From an uncultured Gammaproteobacteria bacterium (GTDB lineage Bacteria > Pseudomonadota > Gammaproteobacteria > JACCXJ01), in assembly GCA_963764725.1 (NCBI GenBank), contig CAVXTM010000016.1, positions 288,001 through 352,000 on the forward strand: a DNA stretch of 64,000 nt, given 5' to 3'. Below, in pieces: positions 22,773-32,137 of this stretch. The first letter of the stretch is position 1; the number at the start of each line of letters is the position of its first letter. The position numbers were made by a program, and so were the translations under genes. Below the pieces are notes generated by a model. That model did not search any database. It was not told the DNA's origin and saw only the letters and a program-made list of their open reading frames with translations.

Positions 22773-24326
22773 TCAACGAACCAACAGATCGGTACCGTAC
22801 CAGCCGACGATGACGTCCCGGTAATGTTCGGCCTTCCGGGTTTGGAGTCGTTCGAGGGGATTGAAATTGTCCGTCAGAGTCACGCCTTGGGTCTCGTTCA
22901 CCGCGACGATCCGGTTCTTCAGCCACGCTGCTTGCTCTGCTCGGAGTCCCGGGGAGTTGAGGTCGATGGGTCGGCCAGCCGCGAGGAAGATGAAGTCGTT
23001 GAAATCCTTGCCGGGTTCGGAAATAAAGACCGAGTGATGGGGAAACACCTGCGCGATGGTGCGCCCGACGGACGCCAGGGCGGCATTCTGGCCGCCCTCC
23101 GAAAAGGCCACGAAATTAAGAGCGAGAATGCCCTGGTCTGACAGGAGCCCGCGCAGTTGAGACAAAGTCTCGACGGTCAAGAGGTGCACCGGTTCCGATC
23201 CTCCGGTGAAGCAATCATGGATGATCAAGTCGTAAGGGCCGGTCAAGCGGCCGATTTCATAACGTGCGTCACCCACCATGGCTTGGCCCGTGGGTTCAAA
23301 CCCAAAGTATTCGGACGCGGCGCTCGCCACTGCCGGATCGATCTCCAAAGTGTCGGTCACGATCCCGTAGCGGTCACGCAGCGTCGTTGCCATATGGCCG
23401 GCGCCCTGGCCGATGAGCAAGGCCCGTGTCATGTTGGGCGCCAAGGCCGGAATCAAATGAACGATCTCCTGGTAGGTGAGCCGGTTGTCGCCACTCGATA
23501 TGCTGGCGGCGCCGATCGTCGAAGCATCCGACATGAGAAGACGAAGATCGCCTTCTCTTTGATCAATCACCCGCACCCAACCGTACAGGCTTTCCCGCTC
23601 GGAACGGATTTGAAAGGGTTCCCCGCCGGTGTAAGCACGCCCCGCGCCGATGGCTTGGGGCAGCAATCCGATCCCGATCGCGGCCAAGAGAACACTGGGC
23701 AGCACGGCGGCGGTTCGCCCCAAGCGCTTTTGCTCATAGATCGCCACGGCCACGGCCAGCGCGAGCAGAGCTATACCCAGACCGATCAGGATCTGGCGTG
23801 AGCCCACCAAGGGAAACAGAAAGAAGCCCAATACCAAGGTGCCGACAACGCTCCCGAGCGTACTGACGGCATAGATCGAGCCGGCGCTGGAACCAACGCC
23901 TTCCAAGCGTGAGGTCGCGAGCTTGATGGCATAGGGCCCAACCATGCCTAGCATAGTCAGACTGGGCGAGAACAACACCAGCGCGCTCACGAAGGCGCCC
24001 GCTCGCAGGCCCAAAGGGTCGGTCGCCATCAAGACCGGCCGGGTTACCCACGGGATTAAGAGTGTAAACAGGGCCGCGAGTGAAATGACGAGTGAAAGTC
24101 CGGTGCGCTTCGCCCGGTCAGCCCACCGGCCGCCGGCAAAATAACCAATGGCAAGCGCGATCAACGCCACGGAAATCAGCGATGACCAGACGTAGAGGCT
24201 CACGCCGTAGAACGGGGCGATGATGCGCGTACCCAGAAGCTCGATTACCATCACCGCCGCTCCGGTCAGGAACACGGTCAGATAAAGCCCGGCACGTTCG
24301 TAGACGTGCAGTGGTTTGTAAGACAT
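22773..24326 (-). CDS. Fused membrane domain/spermidine synthase-like SAM-binding protein
   Basis: About 7 TM (VMVIELLGTRIIAPFYGVS, GSIYAVSTLGS), then LLIGQGAG, LEIDP, GDAR, YDLIIHD, LTDNFNP. Confidence 0.85.
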   Translation of the reverse strand: MSYKPLHVYERAGLYLTVFLTGAAVMVIELLGTRIIAPFYGVSLYVWSSLISVALIALAIGYFAGGRWADRAKRTGLSLVISLAALFTLLIPWVTRPVLMATDPLGLRAGAFVSALVLFSPSLTMLGMVGPYAIKLATSRLEGVGSSAGSIYAVSTLGSVVGTLVLGFFLFPLVGSRQILIGLGIALLALAVAVAIYEQKRLGRTAAVLPSVLLAAIGIGLLPQAIGAGRAYTGGEPFQIRSERESLYGWVRVIDQREGDLRLLMSDASTIGAASISSGDNRLTYQEIVHLIPALAPNMTRALLIGQGAGHMATTLRDRYGIVTDTLEIDPAVASAASEYFGFEPTGQAMVGDARYEIGRLTGPYDLIIHDCFTGGSEPVHLLTVETLSQLRGLLSDQGILALNFVAFSEGGQNAALASVGRTIAQVFPHHSVFISEPGKDFNDFIFLAAGRPIDLNSPGLRAEQAAWLKNRIVAVNETQGVTLTDNFNPLERLQTRKAEHYRDVIVGWYGTDLLVR

Positions 24327-24353
24327 GTGGATTGAACAGGCCTTTACCGCCCC

Positions 24354-25337
24354 TCAGGGTTCATCGAGCACGGCAAAGGCCGGCGCATCCCGCGCGCGGC
24401 TCGGTGGTGCCACGCATCCTTCGCTACTGGCTGGCGCCGCGAGCGAGCCACCGGCTTCACCGTGCACGTCTACCCAGAAATGCGGCAAACCCATGCCCGC
24501 CAGCCATGCCGGGCCGGCAGCCTCCTTGAGCATGGCAATCGTCGAGGCACTGCCCGCGATGAGACACAGATCGCCAACTACGCTGACCGACGCCAAGTGG
24601 CGCACCGGCCAACCGGTTTTCGGGTTGAGGATATGACCGTAACGCACACCATCGAGCACGATGCAACGCTCGTAGTCACCGCTACTGGCAAGCCCGCCGT
24701 GGTGCAACGAGACCGTTTGTATGAGGGCCCCCGGACGACGGGGATGGCGTATGCCTATCCGCCACGGGTTGCCATCCGGTCGCGGCCCGATGACCTTGAT
24801 GTCGCCGCCTAAATTGACGTGGCCGGATCGGGCGCCGGCCTCGTAGCATAGCGTTGCTGCCCGATCGACGGCGTATTCCTTGACGACACCGCCGAAATCA
24901 ATCTCCATGCCCGGCAGTGGAAATTCGAGAACGGGAGGTGTCCAGCGGAGCCGGTGCCACCCGACCTTGCCGAGTAGGCTTTGGATCTGCGCCCCATCGG
25001 GCAGCGCGCCTCGATCGAAGCGCCACGCGCGACGCAATATACCAGAGCTGATGTCGAAGAGCCCATCGCTCTCACGGTAACAGGTCGCGGCGTAATTGAG
25101 CAGCCCAACAGTCTCTTGGTCTACGGAGATGCTTCCCCCACGGGATGCCACGCGATTGATCTCCGATAGAAAGCTGTCGCTGCGAAAGCGCGAATAACGC
25201 GCTTCCAGCCGGTCGACTTCAGCGATGGCGATGCCCGCAATGCGCTCGGCTTCTGCATGGCTTGTGGCAAAGAGCTGGATCTCACAGGGAGAGCCCATCG
25301 CCTTGAAAGCCAAGCGGTAAGACCTCATGCCGTTCAT
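24354..25337 (-). CDS. apbE: FAD:protein FMN transferase
   Basis: AMGSPC, SDGLFDIS, IDFGGVVKEYAVD, NLGGD, ASSGDYER, HILNPKTG. Confidence 0.92.
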   Translation of the reverse strand: MNGMRSYRLAFKAMGSPCEIQLFATSHAEAERIAGIAIAEVDRLEARYSRFRSDSFLSEINRVASRGGSISVDQETVGLLNYAATCYRESDGLFDISSGILRRAWRFDRGALPDGAQIQSLLGKVGWHRLRWTPPVLEFPLPGMEIDFGGVVKEYAVDRAATLCYEAGARSGHVNLGGDIKVIGPRPDGNPWRIGIRHPRRPGALIQTVSLHHGGLASSGDYERCIVLDGVRYGHILNPKTGWPVRHLASVSVVGDLCLIAGSASTIAMLKEAAGPAWLAGMGLPHFWVDVHGEAGGSLAAPASSEGCVAPPSRARDAPAFAVLDEP

Positions 25338-25493
25338 GTTCAAAACCACGTTCGCGGTCGATGTAGCCCGGGTCGAACGCAGCCCCGCCCCGCCGCGGTG
25401 AGTGCCCGCGACTAGTCCCGGTCGCTCAAGCGGTGGCGGAACGTAGCTACGCCACATATTCTCAGGCACATGACGCACGCTAAACAAGGCCCA

Positions 25494-26498
25494 TCAAAAC
25501 GTCAGGCTGAAGCTCACGAACAGTGAGCCGTCACGTTCGAGCTGGAACCCGTTGAAGTCGTCCTCCACGGGTTGCAGCCACTCGACGCTCAAACGGTTGT
25601 CCTTAAGCCCGGCGATCGGAATCTCGGCGCTGAGCCCGAAGCCCACGTCCCAGAACTGCCCGCCGTAGTTCTGCGGGAAGTCCACCGGGCTCAGTTCCGA
25701 GTGCACGTCGTTGAACTCGCCCGTGATCTCCCCTTGCGTCGTGTAAACGCCGCGCACCGAGGCGGAGAGCCAGTCGAACAGGCCGATGCTTCCCCAGGCG
25801 GTGGCCTGGAACTGATTGCCCAACGCATAGCCCGACTCGTTCGCGTTCTCGAGGCGATCGATGCCGCTCACTTGCCCCCCCCACGACCAGCGCCCCCACG
25901 CGCCCGTGTAGGTGAGGTTCGGCAGCAGATCCCAGGTGCCGCTGCCGAGCTGCATGCCATAGTGATAAAAGCCTTGATCCGTTTGATGGCTGCGTCTGAG
26001 CTGCTCGTCGACGGAGCCGGTCGGTGCGCTCACGCCCAGAGCCAGGTGCAGGTGATGTCCGGGCACATCCAACAGTTTGAAGAGCGCGTACATGGAGGTG
26101 TCACCGACGCCGCCCGTGGCTTCGGAGTGGAGCACATGGTGCTGTTCACTGCTGTCGAGCTGAGCGCCTTCGAGGGCCTGCATCGACATCTCCATGTCCA
26201 CGAACTGCGGCATGAGCATCAGGTTCAGCCAGTCGGTCGGGGCGTACATGATGTCGATCATGTGCATGTTCATGGTGTGGTCGACCGGCTTCACTTTGCA
26301 CGGCACCGAGCCACAGCCATTGCTGGTGATGACGGCATCGCCGACGGCGTCCGAACCGCGCAGGATGTTGCCGTCCTGACTGTGGTACATGTAGCGGTAG
26401 TCGACCATGAAGTCGCCGGCCTCGGGCAGCATGTGGTCGAGCATGACACCCGCCGGCGCGTGGCCGTGGGCGTGCGACGTGGCTATCGTGGGCGTCAT
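25494..26498 (-). CDS. His/Met-rich outer-membrane beta-barrel, probably the C-terminal half of the DUF3570 protein
   Basis: HAHGHAPAGVMLDHM, HTMNMHM, MQLGSGTWD, C-terminal Phe; no signal peptide of its own. Confidence 0.7.
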   Translation of the reverse strand: MTPTIATSHAHGHAPAGVMLDHMLPEAGDFMVDYRYMYHSQDGNILRGSDAVGDAVITSNGCGSVPCKVKPVDHTMNMHMIDIMYAPTDWLNLMLMPQFVDMEMSMQALEGAQLDSSEQHHVLHSEATGGVGDTSMYALFKLLDVPGHHLHLALGVSAPTGSVDEQLRRSHQTDQGFYHYGMQLGSGTWDLLPNLTYTGAWGRWSWGGQVSGIDRLENANESGYALGNQFQATAWGSIGLFDWLSASVRGVYTTQGEITGEFNDVHSELSPVDFPQNYGGQFWDVGFGLSAEIPIAGLKDNRLSVEWLQPVEDDFNGFQLERDGSLFVSFSLTF

Positions 26499-28181
26499 GG
26501 TGCGCCGCCGGCAGCGGACAAGGCTGCGTCGAGGCTGACATTCAACGCCGCATTGACCTGATAGTAGTTGAAATCGGCATAGTCGCCCTCACCACCTCCG
26601 CCGAGCTTGAGCCCGCCCTCATGGGTGTAATACTCGAAACCGGCCTCGAGACTGATCCCCCTAGCGAATTCCTTGCTCACGATCAATCCGCCGCTCAAGG
26701 CCCCATAGCCCGACAGGCGGTGGTCGCTGGAGAAGTTGGCCGGAAGTTTTTTCGGATCGAACGGGATGATTGTGACGTCTCCCGTCAGGTCATCAAAAAT
26801 GAACTGTTTGGTATGCTTGCCTGGAGATGAGAAACGGCTGATAGAAATCGGCGGCGTCTTGCGAGTAATAGCGAATCCAGGGCATCACGGTCCAACCCCG
26901 GCCTAGCGGTTGACCCCAGCTCGACTCGAGGGTGTGGGCATCGATCCCCCAATCATCGGAGTAGAAGCGGTATCCGAGATGCAGGGCCGCATTCAATGGT
27001 TCGACATACTGCACATAGCGCGCGTCCCAAGTCCATTGGTTACGCGTATCGGGCCGCTGTTCCAGGAGGGCCTGAACTTGCCCAAAAAACCCGCCGGGAG
27101 GTGCCAAGAACTGTTGCTCGGGATCGATGAACGCGACCTCCATCACCTTGTAGGGGTTCGCCAGATATCCTGTGCTGCGGGTATAACCGAGGGTGGTCTC
27201 GATGAGCGAGTCATTGGTCAGGACCTGCGTCAGACCAAAACGCGTAGCCCAATCCTGTCGATTGCCCTCCAGGGTGTCGATGCTTAAATCCGTCGTGTTT
27301 GGCACCGGCGTCTTTTCAATCTGGTCCGTGTATGCGGAGGTATCGATGTAGGGAAGAGCGTCGTGATCGAGTATGGCCTCGGTGTCGCTGGCGGTGTAAC
27401 TCAAGCCCAGGTTCAAGGTGGTGCGCTTCTGATTGAGGTCCCAGCGCCCGCCCAGGCTGCCCCATCGCGATTCATAGTCGTTCTCCAGGGAGATGCCACC
27501 GCCCACATCCAGCGCCGCCTCGTTCCACTCGTAGCTCAGCCCGAAGTCCCCCTGCTTGCGCGCCTCGGGTGAGGCGAAGGAGATCGTATCCACCAATTGC
27601 CCGTTTTTTTGAAAGAGCTGGTTACCATCCTCGTCGAAGAGTACTTCGAGCGGGTTGAATTGAGAATCGAAAAACAGATCACCATTGATGAAAGGCGTCG
27701 CCCCGGAGACCCCATCCGGGGCTGTGGGACAATTCCCCCCCGAACAATTAAAGCCACCGGAAACAAGTCCCTGCGGTGCGGTGGCGATCGGCGTGGCCCC
27801 GGACCAGGTGTCCTGGACGTAGTTGGCAAAGAACTTCAGCCGATCGAAGAGCGTGAGGCTAGCGCTGCCATGGAGGCTGTCCACCAGGATAGGATCGAAC
27901 GCGCTCTTCACGCCGAAGAGGTTACGTTCACTCTCTTGGTAGCGGCCATACTGAAAGTTGAAATCGTCACCCTCGGCGGCATGAGCAGGTGAGGGAGTCA
28001 GGCCGGGCAAGGCCAGAGCGGCGGCCGTCAGCGCCCGCGAGGATGCGCTTGCCTGCGTCAATGATTGCGGTCCGGTGGCCGACCGCCGCCCGAAGCGACG
28101 CGGTAAAAGTAGCCCTGCGAGGTGCCGAAATGCGCCGCGCAGGCTAGTAACAGCCACACCCGCCGCCGGCGGTGGACCCAC
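26495..28181 (-). CDS. DUF3570-family outer-membrane protein, frameshifted near 26800
   Basis: AALALPG, DTWSGAT, DGVSGAT, ENDYES, GYLANPYK, EQRPDTR, YRFYSDDWGIDAHT, RYYSQ; continues in the next frame as IFDDLTG..FSSDHRLSGYGALSGG to the stop at 26495. Confidence 0.8.
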
Positions 28182-28368
28182 CGGCCAATGCGGCCTCGCG
28201 GCTCATGTAGGTGTGCACGCGTAAGGCGCGCAACGCGGGGTTGGGTTCCAAGGCCATGTGCGGCTTGGCGAGATTGCCGCGTTCCCACGGGGCTACCGGC
28301 GCGCAGCCCGGTAGCCCGATAGCCAGCCCAAGTAGAAGCGCCGTCAGCACCCAGTTAGATTTTTTCAT
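28144..28368 (-). CDS. DUF4266 lipoprotein
   Basis: Lipobox LPGC, VAPWERGNLAKPHM, C-terminal GGGCGCY. Confidence 0.9.
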   Translation of the reverse strand: MKKSNWVLTALLLGLAIGLPGCAPVAPWERGNLAKPHMALEPNPALRALRVHTYMSREAALAGGSTAGGGCGCY

Positions 28369-28398
28369 ATAGGGCTTTTCGTCGAACCGACCGAGCGC

Positions 28399-28893
28399 CT
28401 ATCCGCCCTCGGGACGCTCCGCCAACAACTGTTCCACCAGCCCACGGAGCTGCTCAGCCTCTCCGCGCCGAAAGCCTAGGTGCACGTGGCGAATGATACC
28501 CTGGCGGTCCACCAGATAGGACGACGGCATCGCTTGGACGCCGAAGTCTCGGGGACACTGCCCGTCCGCATCGACAGCGACGGTGAAGCTGGCCGGGTGT
28601 TTTTCAAGAAAGGCCTTCGCATCGTCGGGTTTCTCATCCAAGTTGATCCCCAGAACGTGCAAACCCTGTCCCCGCAACTCGCTGTCCAGATCGTTCAAGA
28701 ACGGAAAGGACTGTGCGCAGGGGGAACACCAGGAGGCCCAAAAATCGACATAAACAACCTTGCCGCGCAGTTGCCGCATGTCATAGCGTTGTCCATCGCC
28801 GACCGGGGTCAATGAACAGTTAGGCGCCGCCTGACCAGCTTCGAAACTATAGACGTTCGAATAAACCGCGAGCGCCAGTGCGGTGAGAAGCAC
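28399..28893 (-). CDS. TlpA-family thioredoxin-like protein (5' end uncertain)
   Basis: VYVDFWASWCSPC, QAMPSSYLVDRQG; in-frame TAG just upstream of the GTG. Confidence 0.88.
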   Translation of the reverse strand: MLLTALALAVYSNVYSFEAGQAAPNCSLTPVGDGQRYDMRQLRGKVVYVDFWASWCSPCAQSFPFLNDLDSELRGQGLHVLGINLDEKPDDAKAFLEKHPASFTVAVDADGQCPRDFGVQAMPSSYLVDRQGIIRHVHLGFRRGEAEQLRGLVEQLLAERPEGG

Positions 28894-29015
28894 CTATGAG
28901 CGGGTTGCACTAATTCGCAACGGCAGGAAGTCATAGTCCTTAGCCATCATCTTCGGATCCAAGTAGCAGCCCGCGACCAAGCGCCGCCAAGCGCCGAGCT
29001 CAGCGAATCACCGGC

Positions 29016-29448
29016 TTACTGATTCTGCGTCTGGTAATTGACGTCCCGGTGTGAACCCCCGTAGCGGTTTCGCAATGGTAATTCGAGCGTGTAATTATTT
29101 ACGCCGCCGCGGATTTATCGACGTTATACGATGTACGCCCCGACGCCACTGTTATTGTAGCACCTTTGAGGACTATACGCTGCGTTTCCACCGATGGGAT
29201 CCGTGCTGGTCGTGGAATGCCGCCCTTGTCGCGTCAACCTGCACCAGTGACGAGCCCGCAGTGTCGTCCTTCACGCGTGATCGTGAAGACGGACAGAGTT
29301 CGTGGAGCACGTGACGGGTAGATCATCGGTCGCGCCCGCCGCGGAAAGGAGCGATCCGATCTTTGAATCGCCAGACGCGATACGGCGTGTGCCTACCGCG
29401 ACCAGCAACGATGCGTGCGAATGCGCTCTTAAAGAAAGTATTTTTCAT
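29016..29448 (-). pseudogene. Multiply frameshifted gene for a small secreted protein with a YHC..HTGT motif
   Basis: RBS AAGGAG; fragments across frames MKNTFFKSAF / SLLVAVG..GSLLSAAGATD..VTCS / STDPIGGNAAYSP / NVDKS / NYTLE / YHCETATGVHTGTSIT / QNQ-stop. Confidence 0.6.
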
Positions 29449-29586
29449 ACATATTCATAATAGTCTCCTTCAGTCGTTAATCGGGAAAAACGGTGACCTG
29501 GGTATACTAGAGAAGCACTGACGGTCGGGTACGGCGGGAAATCGCCGGCTCGAGGAGAGCGGAGCCTGCCCGTTACGTCCCACTCG

Positions 29587-30561
29587 CTACTCACGTCGCG
29601 GTGCTCGCACGGCGCGATGTCCTATCTCCTCCAGTTTCATGGCGGCCAATACACGCACCGTCTCGTCGGTGTCAGCCAGCGCGTCTTGAAGTAGTGCGGC
29701 GCTCTCCGCATCTGTGCCGGCAGCTGTCCACCGCCATCAGCCTCACCGAAGCGTCGCTATCGCCCAGGGCACTGCGCAGCACATTCATGGCCTCGGTCTC
29801 CGCCATCTTTCGCCAAGGCGTAAACGCCCTGCGCCCGCACGCTCCCGTCCTCGTCCGTCAGCGCGGTCCGAAACACCGCTTGTACCGCAGGATCGTTGCG
29901 TTTGCTGCTCGCAGCCAGGCTGCCCAGCGCCTGCATCCGCGCTTCGGATCATCGGCCGTGCTCAGGTCCATGAGCATATTGAATCGTCATGCTCTGCCGC
30001 CGCGGGATCTTTACTCGTCGCTTGCTGCGGGGCCGCCCGCGAACATTCCGCACCGGTGTCTCCACAACGACCCCATTGCTACTACTGCTACCGTCGGGAG
30101 GTCCGGGCGGCTCCTAAAAGCCACACGTCCGAAGGCAGGGATCGGTCGCAGACTCCGCTCTCTCGGGGGCATAGCGCACTATGCTGCGCGGCGTCACGCC
30201 CAAAAAGACACTCGAGTGCACGCGTGAGGCGTCATGCGCTGGCAGGAGAGCCGTGACCACGCCTTCGGGCGTCACTACGTCATGGAAGCGGGTACCCGTT
30301 TTCTGCCGAATTCGCCGAGCACCTCTGTCCACGGGGCCCGCGTGACATTCAAGCTCATCAGTGCCGCGATGGAGCTCGATTTCCACCGATGCGGAAGGCC
30401 CTGCTTTCAAAAGCGCTCGAGACGGCGTGTCAGGCCCTGCGATAACATGGCTGTTCCACAGCATCATTCCCGGCACCAACGAAAGCAGCCCGACCTCCGC
30501 CAGCCCGTCTCTTACGCCGCGTTCGAGTACTGCTCATCGAATAAACACCCTGCGTGGCCAT
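29587..30561 (-). pseudogene. Multiply frameshifted HEAT-repeat protein gene
   Basis: ALTDEDGSVRAQGVYAL, ALGDSDASVRLMAVDS and ALADTDETVRVLAAMKL lie in three different frames. Confidence 0.65.
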
Positions 30562-30594
30562 GTCTGCTGTCGTTCTAATTCTCCGACCGTTCGG

Positions 30595-30644
30595 AGTCTA
30601 TGATTCGTAGCCGCGCTTGTAAATGCGACAAATTGTCGCACCCC
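30595..30644 (-). promoter_or_regulatory. RegA/PrrA-like box plus promoter of the leftward operon
   Basis: Minus strand GGGGT-GCGACAATTTGTCGC-A-TTTACA-17bp-TAGACT; 24 bp identical to 21786-21809. Confidence 0.7.
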
Positions 30645-30756
30645 CACACTCAACATCGAGACCGGGGAGCGGCAAGTCACCGGTACGCTATCCTGCTTTT
30701 GCCTTTCGTTAATCCCGTAGTTTATATAATAGAACTCTGGTCATGGAATCAGTTCC

Positions 30757-30806
30757 GGGGTGCGACAATTTGTCACATTCACACGCGATGCTCAGTGAGA
30801 TAGTCT
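30757..30806 (+). promoter_or_regulatory. RegA/PrrA-like box plus promoter of the rightward gene
   Basis: GGGGT-GCGACAATTTGTCAC-A-TTCACA-17bp-TAGTCT. Confidence 0.7.
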
Positions 30807-30925
30807 TCTTAGCAGGGAACAGCTAGTGATGCAGGGTACGACCAGTTGTCTCTGGCGTGCTTTTTAGTTGGTAGAAACCAGTTATATCTGTTCTGTGAAT
30901 CCATAAGTCAATACAGGAACCATTT

Positions 30926-31715
30926 ATGCCAAGCTTAAACATAAGAAGACTGACGATGTGCTCGCTGACGACCTTGCTGTGCACCGCAGGGCCGAATGTC
31001 TTTGCCCACACCGGCGTTCAGAATGCGGCTGACCGCAGGGACGACGACCTATAACGGTTTCACGATAACGCACGGCTGTGGCGGCCATGATGAGACGAAG
31101 CCTCCGTTGAAGGTGTTGGGACAGTCGGCGGTGTTTCCGTTCGGAGTCGCCGTGTGGACGAACCTCAACCCACCGGTGAAATCATACCGACGGGTGGCCA
31201 GGGTATCGTCAGCGAGGACAGATGATTTTATCACTCTCAATGTCGGCGGTATTCAGGATAACGATCCCTTCGCAAAAACAGAGGAAGAGACGGATGATCT
31301 TGAAAACGTGCGTGCGCTCAATTGGAAGAATGGCAAACTAGCGACCAACCTGGTCGGTATACCCGAGTGGCGGGCATCGGCGCCGACCATTCTGGATAAT
31401 TGCGTGTCGGCATTGCACGTGCGTATCGCGGTTGCCAACTGGTGCAAAAAGAACGCAAACGAAAAGAACGACCATGCTAACAACCGGGCCGACTGGTGGT
31501 TCACGGGACCGGACCAGACCGGGAGCACGCAGTTCGTCGATCCCGATCTGGTTCAGGAGGACTTCTGGACGACATTGACCGTTAACAACCCGGGCAACCC
31601 GGACGCCCCTGCATGCACCGGGGAGACTCGCGAGGTTGCGGTCCAGCCGACGGGTGCGGACATCGATACCTACCTGCCATACAAGCCGTTCACCAAGAAT
31701 CCGGGACCGTATTGA
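30926..31715 (+). CDS. Secreted protein with predicted N-terminal His and HGC motif (YcnI-like), frameshift near 31028
   Basis: ATG 30926 after AGGA; signal ends NVFA then HTGVQNA; continues in another frame as GTTTYNGFTITHGC..RADWW.. Confidence 0.7.
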
Positions 31716-31797
31716 TCCCGAGATCGTAGGAGAGTAGGAAAGCGACCGGCAGCCGAAGCCGCCTTCTAACTCGGTGGCCGGTCGTGGTGTAGCCCTT

Positions 31798-31831
31798 GTC
31801 CCAGGACCCTCGCTCGCGAGGGTCCTGGGAC
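31798..31831. terminator. Perfect long hairpin downstream of the YcnI-like gene
   Basis: GTCCCAGGACCCTCGC-TC-GCGAGGGTCCTGGGAC; weak U-tract. Confidence 0.5.
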
Positions 31832-32137
31832 TTCCGTCAGTCAGGTGACGGCGCCCGCGGTCCGCAGTAGAGAGTCCAGGCACCCTGCCATCTCGGTGGC
31901 CGTGCGGGCGAAGGTCTTGACCCTGACAATAATGGTAGCCATCGCCCCGCAGCTCGCCGATTCGGATAAACACGCGGGAATCGCGCACGGCGCGTGCGCT
32001 ACCGAAACGGGCCGACGACTGCCGGTTGCGAGCCGATCTTCTGTCCTGGTTGCAGATCCTGCGAATAGAGTACGTTGCAACCGCTGGGCGACGCGGGGTT
32101 AATGGTAGCCGCAAAGCGCAAACGGTAAACTTGGCCG

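Noticed and set aside
28894-28950. In-frame TAG upstream of the second tlpA as possible stop-codon readthrough
   Set aside because: It lies in the indel-rich zone and there is no recoding signal; error or a GTG start is simpler.
29601-30578. Plus-strand ORFs of 208, 180 and 114 aa
   Set aside because: Shadows of the frameshifted minus-strand HEAT gene.
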